Below, piece after piece: positions 9,634 through 16,408 of a stretch of DNA of 58,340 nt (position 1 is the stretch's first letter; every line of letters begins with the position of its first letter). Location: the NCBI GenBank assembly GCA_964413895.1, contig CAYPUV010000002.1, positions 1 to 58,340 on the forward strand, given 5' to 3'. A program made the position numbers and the translations under genes. The stretch is from an uncultured Anaerolineaceae bacterium. GTDB lineage: Bacteria; Chloroflexota; Anaerolineae; 4572-78. The notes beneath the pieces were generated by a model, which was not told the origin of the DNA, did no database searches, and saw only the letters and a list, made by a program, of their open reading frames with translations.

Positions 9634-9944
9634 CAGACTTAATGGTGGGTGGATTGTATTCTGTTGTCAGAGAGGGATTTTTCCAGGTGGTGAAAATTCT
9701 GGCACTGGATGATTTTATCGTTCATTTGCGGATGTATCGCAACCGGTTTAGCCAGCGTCCCACCGATATTGACCTGGCAACGCTGATATGGGACATTGAC
9801 ATGAACGATATGACGAGCCTCGGCATTGGTCATTTTCCGCTGGCAAAAGATGGATTTTGGGAAGATGAGCCGGTGTTCATTAAACAGGTTCCGGTCTCAG
9901 AAGAAGAGTTGGAAGGGTATCGGATATGGCTGGCCGGTGAGTAG
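9630..9944 (+). CDS. Hypothetical protein (104 aa), translationally coupled to the SDR gene
   Basis: ORF 9567..9944 trimmed to the ATG at 9630, which overlaps the SDR stop as ATGA (9630-9633). I recognise no motif. Confidence 0.55.
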   Translation: MTDLMVGGLYSVVREGFFQVVKILALDDFIVHLRMYRNRFSQRPTDIDLATLIWDIDMNDMTSLGIGHFPLAKDGFWEDEPVFIKQVPVSEEELEGYRIWLAGE

Positions 9945-9971
9945 ACCGTCCAGCCGGCCAGAGATGTCGGT

Positions 9972-10946
9972 TCAGCGCACGGCGTGGCTCAATGATTCGT
10001 AATATCGGTTTAGCCACCGGTTCGACCACCCCATCAACGTGGTTTGGCGCATAATATGGGTTACGTCGTGGCGGGTCATTTTAACTTCATTGAGCAATAC
10101 ATTGATGTTGTTTTGACTGAGGGCCAATGTTTTGGCTGCAAAAAACAGAGGCCACATACATGCCAGGCGAATGCGGTGCTGGTGAATGGGAAATGCGGCA
10201 ATATATTCCAGTCCGTGTCGCAAGTGACGTTCTGCCTTTTGGGCCAAGAGGTTTACTACCTGGATGGCTTTATCTTCATATTCCGGCGCAAATAGTTGGT
10301 CGGGGGTAACGCCAACCTGTTCCAAAAATGTTTGTGGCACAAATACCCAGCCCCGCTCATAATCTTTGCGCATCCCCCGAATAATATTTACAGTTTGCAA
10401 CGCCAGCCCGTATTCTCTGGAAAGGGGCATTAATTCCTCTTTGCGTTTGCGAATGACCGGCGAATACCAGGCAAAAATGTCGGTGAGCAAATACCCTACT
10501 CGACCCGCTACCTGGTGCATATAATCGTCCAGGGCTGCCTCATCTTCCACATACGGTCCATGCTCCTGCCACCGCGCCATTCCCAGCGTGGTGCGTTTTA
10601 CGCGCTGGATAATATGTTGTTGCAGATCGGTGGGGAGGGTGTGCAAAAAGTCTAGCAAGCTATCGGCGTGTTGCGTCACGTACACTTCCGGGTCGCTTTC
10701 GTCTAAATTGGCTACTTCATCAACCAATTCTCGCACCGGTTTTTGGCCGGCCAAAATTTTATCCCACAATTGTAGTAAAGTGACCTTGCGCGGTACAGTC
10801 ATTGTCTCATTATCTTCAAGATAATCTGATACCCGCAGTAGAAGATAGGCCAGCGTAATCGAATCTCGGAGTATTTGCGGTAGCTGTTCAATGGATAGGG
10901 TAAAGGTACGGCTCACCATTCTGAGCATCTGGATATACTGGTTCAT
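9972..10946 (-). CDS. Squalene/phytoene synthase family protein (eukaryote-type SQS-like) with a degenerate second Asp-rich motif
   Basis: GGAGG RBS. The first DxxED motif is in YLLLRVSDYLEDN. The second region reads LQTVNIIRGMRKDYERGWVFVPQ, where canonical SQS has NIIRDYLED. Confidence 0.8.
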   Translation of the reverse strand: MNQYIQMLRMVSRTFTLSIEQLPQILRDSITLAYLLLRVSDYLEDNETMTVPRKVTLLQLWDKILAGQKPVRELVDEVANLDESDPEVYVTQHADSLLDFLHTLPTDLQQHIIQRVKRTTLGMARWQEHGPYVEDEAALDDYMHQVAGRVGYLLTDIFAWYSPVIRKRKEELMPLSREYGLALQTVNIIRGMRKDYERGWVFVPQTFLEQVGVTPDQLFAPEYEDKAIQVVNLLAQKAERHLRHGLEYIAAFPIHQHRIRLACMWPLFFAAKTLALSQNNINVLLNEVKMTRHDVTHIMRQTTLMGWSNRWLNRYYESLSHAVR

Positions 10947-10963
10947 CGGTCCTCCACTACAAG

Positions 10964-12037
10964 TTAGTACATTAAAGGGCTATGGCGACGTCTCAAATTC
11001 CACAGGGCTAGCGGGAATGCCATTTGCCTTAACCGTGAATATCGGAAGAAGTTGAACAAAAAGTGACGCGGGTCTTTATTACGTTTGCCCAGCTTCATAA
11101 ACAGGGCATAGCCGCGATTTCCCAGGTGTTCCCATACGAACCTATTCACCACCGATGCTCGCAGATGGGCGCCAATTGTTGCTTGTATTGCCCGGGTGTA
11201 ATCTTTGTTTTCCAACAAGCATTTTGCTGCCAGATACCCAGAGCGCAGCGCATAGCGAATACCAAATCCCCATAACAAATCTTGCAACCCGGCGGCCTCG
11301 CCAACATACAGCCGGTTGTTGCGCACGTATTGTCCGTTGTGGGCAAAGGTTCCAAACCCACCCATCGGGCGCGGGTTTTTAATGGTTACGCCGGTGAGGT
11401 CAATGAACGATTGTTTCACCAACTCAAATTGACGATGAATGTCGGGGTAATTATCGAACAGGACGGTAGCAATACATCCGTATCCCCCCGTAACCAGCAG
11501 ATATGAGTAGCCCAGATAAGATTTTCGATTATCCAGCAATCCGTAGGCGACGTCTGGCAGATCTGTTTCAAAAACGATGCCGGTATCTACGGCGTAGATT
11601 GCGTTTGATTGCGGCCCAGAGGCTACAATGTCGGCCTCTGTTTCAGCGATGGGGGATTCAAATCGAATGTCCACGCCGGCGTCCAACGCCTGTTCTTTTA
11701 ACCCAATATCCAGTGTGCCGGGGAAGGGGCCGCGCTTCACCAGGTAGAAGAGTGGTTGTTTAGCTTGAAAGTGTGTGGTATTCAGACGATCATCAACGCC
11801 GGTCAACCGGGTAAAGGGGGAAAGGTCAAAATTCAGGAGTAATCCGAGGGAACGCAGCTCGTCGAGGACGTCTGTTCCCGAGGTCCAGTTTTCTAGCCCT
11901 TGCAAATCGCCTTTAAAACGTGCGCCGCACTCCTTGCGCTGCTCGTGGACAATCACTTTGTGGCCATGTTTGGCAAGAGTAATGCCTGCCATCAATCCCG
12001 CCGGCCCGGCGCCGGCAATTATAATTTGCCTGGTCAT
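10964..12037 (-). CDS. FAD-dependent oxidoreductase, geranylgeranyl-reductase-like
   Basis: Dinucleotide-binding N-terminus IIIAGAGPAGLMAGITLAKHGHKVIVHE. GGR-like motif GEAAGLQDLLWGFGIRYAL. The start overlaps the upstream stop as ATGA (12037-12034). Confidence 0.8.
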   Translation of the reverse strand: MTRQIIIAGAGPAGLMAGITLAKHGHKVIVHEQRKECGARFKGDLQGLENWTSGTDVLDELRSLGLLLNFDLSPFTRLTGVDDRLNTTHFQAKQPLFYLVKRGPFPGTLDIGLKEQALDAGVDIRFESPIAETEADIVASGPQSNAIYAVDTGIVFETDLPDVAYGLLDNRKSYLGYSYLLVTGGYGCIATVLFDNYPDIHRQFELVKQSFIDLTGVTIKNPRPMGGFGTFAHNGQYVRNNRLYVGEAAGLQDLLWGFGIRYALRSGYLAAKCLLENKDYTRAIQATIGAHLRASVVNRFVWEHLGNRGYALFMKLGKRNKDPRHFLFNFFRYSRLRQMAFPLALWNLRRRHSPLMY

Positions 12038-13059
12038 AAATCTATTTGCCTTTGTGTTTGTTGCTTTTGCAGCCAGAGTGCGCCGCCGGGTAAGCTGCCC
12101 AAATATATCACTGCCTGTTTAATCAGTGAAAGAGCAAATGATAGCGTTTGTGGCACACCGACCAATCCGTAAAAATATACGTACAGCAGCGATCCGGTTC
12201 CCAATCCGCCGATACTGATGGGGACAATGAGCAATACGGCGATGATTGGGTTAAATAGAAAAATGTACGGAGCCGGAATGGCCCCGTTTAAGCCAGCCAC
12301 AATTGCCAGGTCTACCAATCCGGTGAGCAGCACAGTCCCCACGCCCACGGTGAACGCCAGTAGTAGGGCGCTGTATTGATGTCGGTATGCGCCAAAGGCG
12401 CTGGAAATTTGCTGATAAAACGGTGCGAGCGGTTTCAAGAAACGGACGGTGAATAAAATGCCGATCAGGTTGCGCAGACGATAACTCAGCATTACGGAAA
12501 AGCCGCCTGCGACAACAACCATCCCGGCAATTGCCAGCCATTCCACCTGCGTGAGGTTTTGCACCAACGAATCGTTTGCCGAAACAGTGCTGCCCAAGAG
12601 ATTGTTGCTCACCAAATAGACGGCAACAAGGGCGGCTATCACCGCCGTGAACATAAATGCCATCAGGCCAATAATGCGGTCTACCACCACCGAGACAGCG
12701 GCGTCGGCACTGCGTTCTGTGTAGCGAGCTACGCCATAGCCACGCATTATGTCGCCGCCCACGTTGGCAGGCAAAAAATTGTTAAAAAAGAATCCAACAA
12801 ATGTGTAGTTGATCAATGCACTCAATGGAATAGGCACACCCTGCGCTCGCAGCAAGATGTACCATTTAAGCGAAGCATTTACAATTGCCAGTACAAAAAA
12901 AATCAGTGCCAGTATTAAATACCAGTAATTGGCCGTGGTCAGGGTAGCTAGCAAAAGCGCCCTATCATTGGGGTCAGACAGAAAGCGAAACAAAAGATAT
13001 GCCAGCAACCCTACACTGACGAAAACTTTGAGGGCCGTTGTCAGTCGGTCTTTGGTCAT
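12034..13059 (-). CDS. Flippase-like membrane protein (lysylphosphatidylglycerol-synthase TM-region / UPF0104 type)
   Basis: ORF 12034..13113 trimmed to MTKDRL (ATG at 13059), 1 nt after the GT2 stop. The protein is polytopic and carries the motif FFFNNFLPANVGGDIMRGY. Confidence 0.75.
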   Translation of the reverse strand: MTKDRLTTALKVFVSVGLLAYLLFRFLSDPNDRALLLATLTTANYWYLILALIFFVLAIVNASLKWYILLRAQGVPIPLSALINYTFVGFFFNNFLPANVGGDIMRGYGVARYTERSADAAVSVVVDRIIGLMAFMFTAVIAALVAVYLVSNNLLGSTVSANDSLVQNLTQVEWLAIAGMVVVAGGFSVMLSYRLRNLIGILFTVRFLKPLAPFYQQISSAFGAYRHQYSALLLAFTVGVGTVLLTGLVDLAIVAGLNGAIPAPYIFLFNPIIAVLLIVPISIGGLGTGSLLYVYFYGLVGVPQTLSFALSLIKQAVIYLGSLPGGALWLQKQQTQRQIDL

Positions 13060-13060
13060 G

Positions 13061-14017
13061 TCAATCCCGTTTGGCTGGAAGGTGCGGTGATGTGATATTG
13101 ATGCCCTGTGCATCTACCGGGCGTTTGACTTCTTTTGTTGTCCAGGCAATATCCCATACCACGTGGGTTCGTTTGTGTACGCGATAATCCCACCAGCCGA
13201 GGATGCGGGAGTAAAGTTCTAATACTGCCAGGGCAAACAAGGTCCAAATTAGACGCAATGCCCCCCAAACCTCAGAGAAGGCAAGTTGGGCTACTTTAGC
13301 GGAGTTTAAGCTAGAAACCTGGTACCCATATTTATCTTTCAAATAAAGATGGCCGGCGTGGTTGCGCCGTCGTTGCTTAATAAAATCACCGACAGTTTCT
13401 GGGCCCATATTAAAGACCACCGCGTCAGGGGCGTAGCGTACCTGTAGCCCCCGTCGAATGACCAGCGCTTCGACAAAGGCCTCATCCATCGCCACGTCTG
13501 GCGGGATAGCGTCAAACACCTTGCGAAAAGCAATCAGTTCGCCCAGACGCGGAATCTCCAGGCACAGTTGGTGTTCCAGGTTCAATCGCAGGTGCGATAG
13601 ATACCCCACCACGTGGTCGGGGGTGTTCACCGGAACTTTGTGTGCGCCGGTCATTCCCACAGCCGGGTCGACGAACATTCTGACCATGTTTTCAATGGCG
13701 TCTTCATGCGGAACAGTGTCTCCACTTTCCAGGACGCAAATGGCTTCTGTGGCGTGTGCCAAAAACACGTTGATGGCACTGGTCTTGCCTTCACGTTTCT
13801 CTTGCACGTACAATTGAAGGCGATCGTCTTTCTTTTGGCACTCCTGGACAATTTCTATTGTTCTGTCGGTGCAACCGGAGGCAACCACAATGATTTCGGT
13901 GATTTCTACCTGGAATAATCGTTGGGTCATCATTGCATTCAGTATTTGAGCGATGTTTGCCTCTTCGTTATGGGCGGTAATTCCTACACTACATCTGACC
14001 TTTTCTTGTATATTCAT
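13061..14017 (-). CDS. Glycosyltransferase family 2
   Basis: GT-A-like N-terminus VGITAHNEEANIAQILN, followed by VVASGCTD and VLESGDTVP acidic motifs. Confidence 0.8.
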   Translation of the reverse strand: MNIQEKVRCSVGITAHNEEANIAQILNAMMTQRLFQVEITEIIVVASGCTDRTIEIVQECQKKDDRLQLYVQEKREGKTSAINVFLAHATEAICVLESGDTVPHEDAIENMVRMFVDPAVGMTGAHKVPVNTPDHVVGYLSHLRLNLEHQLCLEIPRLGELIAFRKVFDAIPPDVAMDEAFVEALVIRRGLQVRYAPDAVVFNMGPETVGDFIKQRRRNHAGHLYLKDKYGYQVSSLNSAKVAQLAFSEVWGALRLIWTLFALAVLELYSRILGWWDYRVHKRTHVVWDIAWTTKEVKRPVDAQGINITSPHLPAKRD

Positions 14018-14050
14018 CTTGTTTACCTTGCTAAACTGTACAAATACAGA

Positions 14051-14422
14051 TTAGCCCAAGTTTCTGGTGAGTTTAATGAATAAAAAACCCAAAAAACTTC
14101 CGGCGGCCATGCTGAAGCCAATTGTAAAATATTGTGACCAAAAATCGCCGGGGGGATTAAGTGCCAGCAGCACCCCCGGAATAATGGTTAACACACCTAT
14201 ACCAAACGCCAGCAGCACGCCGCGCGGCGCAGTTAAATCTGGGAACTTGTGACCAATGAGTGCCAGTGCTATGATGCCCAGGGTAATGAGTCCTATTTGA
14301 GTTCCCAGATGCGCCAGCAGCAAGATATGGTTTTGCCAATCTAATATAATTACAACCAGCAGCAAAACAATGTAAAATATCAGCGTTGCTCGCCAGGACT
14401 GTTTTGGGTATTTGAAAGTCAT
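14051..14422 (-). CDS. Small integral membrane protein (about 123 aa, 4 predicted TM helices)
   Basis: ORF 14051..14590 trimmed to MTFKYPKQSW (ATG at 14422, preceded by GGTGAGGG). The remainder is hydrophobic. The longer form would overlap the GT28 stop and has a non-membrane N-terminus. Confidence 0.55.
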   Translation of the reverse strand: MTFKYPKQSWRATLIFYIVLLLVVIILDWQNHILLLAHLGTQIGLITLGIIALALIGHKFPDLTAPRGVLLAFGIGVLTIIPGVLLALNPPGDFWSQYFTIGFSMAAGSFLGFLFIKLTRNLG

Positions 14423-14574
14423 AGGGAAACCCTCACCTGGGGCTGAATGGGGCCGGATGGGAAAAAATTGAAAACGTCTTTGGGTTAAATGCCATCTTGC
14501 CTGAATAGATGCCTGGATTGAACGCAGCAAATGGAACATCGTAAAATCGATTGTACCATAGCCAATCAATCCTG

Positions 14575-15699
14575 TTAAATCAATTCGCACACTTTTTTGG
14601 CAATGTCAAGCGCAGCCTCTGGTTTTGCCAGTGCGGCGGCGTTGTGCATGAGTTGTTTTAAGAAGGGAGCATCAGGTTTCAGCCACTTGCCAATCAAACT
14701 AGCAATTTCTTGCGGATCTTGGGCCAGCAAGCCGGCTTGGTGTTCTTGCACGTAGGTAACGTTGCCCGTTTCTTGGCCGGGGATATACCCATACAGAATG
14801 AGGGGCAGCCCGGCGATAAACGCTTCGCTTATTGTGCCGGGGCCGGCTTTGGTTACTAAAATATCAGCCGCGCCCATCAGCTCTGGCATATTATTCACAA
14901 AACCATAAATTTGAACTGGGATATTCCAATCTGCAGATTTCAATCGTTGTTTTAATGAGTTGTTTCTCCCCGCAACGACCATCAGTTGCGTTTGCACATC
15001 TGTTTTGGCAATGGCGCGGACAATCTCAAATACCGGGCCAACGCCGTCGCCACCGCCGACGATGAGTACTGCTTTGCGTGTGGGGATCAAACCCAGCTTT
15101 TGCTTGAGGGCAAGTTTATTGGCAGACATCCCCGCAAATTTTAATCCCACCGGTTGTCCCGTCACAACTACCTGCTGCGGCGACATCCCCCAATGGATTG
15201 CTAATTGGCGGGCCGGCTCGGTGGGCACGGTGCACAACGTTACATCTGGACAAATCCACGTTGGGTGTACACTCACCATATCAGTAACGGTGGTGACAAA
15301 CGGAACGTGCTCTAACCCTGCTTTGTTGCGTAGCTTTACGCCCAAATGGTTCATCAATGGGTGGACGGAAATAATCAAATCTGGTTGAATTTCTTTAAAA
15401 TAGTGAGTAATTTGTCGCTGCAGCACCGGCGACACGCTGGGGAATACGATTTTGTGCGGTTTAACCGTTGTTGAAATGGTCCACAACAGTTTCCACATCG
15501 GTACACCGGGGCCAGCCATCCACGGGTAGGCGTTGGGGATTTTGTTCACTGGCCAGGGTGTGTGCTGTTTCCACAAATCTTCGATGAAGGTGTTGTATAT
15601 GTTGGGGTAAAGGTAATGGATGGCCTCGTCTATCGCTTGGGCGGCAGCCCGGTGTCCGCCGCCTGTATCTGAGATTAAAAATAATATTCGTTTTTTCAT
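14575..15699 (-). CDS. GT28 glycosyltransferase, MGDG-synthase / diacylglycerol glycosyltransferase-like
   Basis: The N-terminus MKKRILFLISDTGGGHRAAAQAI is typical of the MGDG-synthase N-terminal domain. The C-terminal GT-B half includes GGGDGVGP and TKAGPGTISEA. Confidence 0.82.
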   Translation of the reverse strand: MKKRILFLISDTGGGHRAAAQAIDEAIHYLYPNIYNTFIEDLWKQHTPWPVNKIPNAYPWMAGPGVPMWKLLWTISTTVKPHKIVFPSVSPVLQRQITHYFKEIQPDLIISVHPLMNHLGVKLRNKAGLEHVPFVTTVTDMVSVHPTWICPDVTLCTVPTEPARQLAIHWGMSPQQVVVTGQPVGLKFAGMSANKLALKQKLGLIPTRKAVLIVGGGDGVGPVFEIVRAIAKTDVQTQLMVVAGRNNSLKQRLKSADWNIPVQIYGFVNNMPELMGAADILVTKAGPGTISEAFIAGLPLILYGYIPGQETGNVTYVQEHQAGLLAQDPQEIASLIGKWLKPDAPFLKQLMHNAAALAKPEAALDIAKKVCELI

Positions 15700-15704
15700 A
15701 CCTG

Positions 15705-15932
15705 TTAGTTGTAACCCTGTACCATTGCCGGGTTGTCTGGCCCTCTAGATACAATTCGCTTTGCCTGTTTGGCAAAGCGGCTTCGCGGCAGGTACACCTT
15801 CCGTCCGCACGTTAAACATTTAATGCCGATGTCTGTACCCAAGCGAACTACCTGCCACTCATTTCCCCCACACGGGTGCAGCTTACGCATTTTTACAATA
15901 TCATCTAATCGAATATCAGTCGGATCAATCAT
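15705..15932 (-). CDS. DUF951-family small protein (CxxC zinc-ribbon-like)
   Basis: ORF 15705..15944 trimmed to the ATG at 15932. The sequence IVKMRKLHPCGGNEWQVVRLGTDIGIKCLTCGRKVYLPRSRF matches my recollection of DUF951. Confidence 0.7.
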   Translation of the reverse strand: MIDPTDIRLDDIVKMRKLHPCGGNEWQVVRLGTDIGIKCLTCGRKVYLPRSRFAKQAKRIVSRGPDNPAMVQGYN

Positions 15933-15958
15933 TAGGATCACCAACTTAGAATTAACGT

Positions 15959-15986
15959 ATTATAGCATAGCGTGCCAGAGCCGCAA
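15959..15986 (-). promoter_or_regulatory. Extended -10 promoter for the DUF951-to-SQS operon
   Basis: On the minus strand: -35 TTGCGG (15986-15981), 16-nt spacer, TGCTATAAT with the hexamer at 15964-15959. It lies about 27 nt upstream of the ATG at 15932. Confidence 0.5.
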
Positions 15987-16039
15987 CCAAATAGGGTGCG
16001 ACGAGTACGTTTCAGTTTTTAGGCGAATATCCGAATCCA

Positions 16040-16162
16040 GCATCCTGAGTAGGCTTGAACGGAGTGAAAGCCGTAGCGAAGGGCGCGGGCTTGCTAAAAG
16101 TCGGTGCTCCATCCGCACCCTTCGCTACGCGCGCTACCATTGTTCCGCGCACCTCAGGATGC
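16040..16162. repeat. Long imperfect palindrome (about 123 nt), MITE/REP-like or a structured RNA
   Basis: GCATCCTGAG (16040-16049) pairs with CTCAGGATGC (16153-16162). GTAGCGAAGGGCGCGG (16073-16088) pairs with CCGCACCCTTCGCTAC (16113-16128) at 15 of 16 positions. Confidence 0.7.
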
Positions 16163-16202
16163 GATCATCAAATCTGCCTGAAATTTGAAACTGTTTCTTT
16201 GG

Positions 16203-16309
16203 CCCCTTCCCCCGGTGGAGAAGGGGGGATACAGGGGGATGGGGGAAAAGTAACAATTTGCTGAAACCTTAAAATCTACTTTACCCAAAGGGCACAGGTG
16301 CAACAGCCG
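16203..16309 (+). repeat. Mosaic repeat: family B (C-rich/G-rich tract, 16203-16249) plus family A core (16264-16309)
   Basis: B reads CCCCTTCCCCCGGTGGAGAAGGGGGGATACAGGGGGATGGGGGAAAAG and resembles 20671-20716. A reads AAACCTTAAAATCTACTTTACCCAAAGGGCACAGGTGCAACAGCCG and matches the reverse complement of 36243-36288 at 45 of 46 positions. Confidence 0.8.
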
Positions 16310-16329
16310 TACCAACGGCGAGGCAACAC

Positions 16330-16358
16330 TTGTTGCAAGTTTGTAAGTATGTTATGCT
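16330..16358 (+). promoter_or_regulatory. Extended -10 promoter for the secreted-protein gene
   Basis: -35 TTGTTG (16330-16335), 17-nt spacer, TGTTATGCT with the hexamer at 16353-16358. It lies about 50 nt upstream of the GTG at 16409. Confidence 0.4.
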
Positions 16359-16408
16359 ATTTAGCGTTGTAATGCTGACACTTCTCTAAATTTCTTTGGG
16401 AGGTCATT

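Noticed and set aside
14423-14590. The long form of the small membrane protein, with a GTG start at 14590 overlapping the GT28 stop.
   Set aside because: The extra 56 residues are hydrophilic with no motif, and there is no SD at 14590. The ATG at 14422 has GGTGAGGG upstream. The long form cannot be fully excluded.
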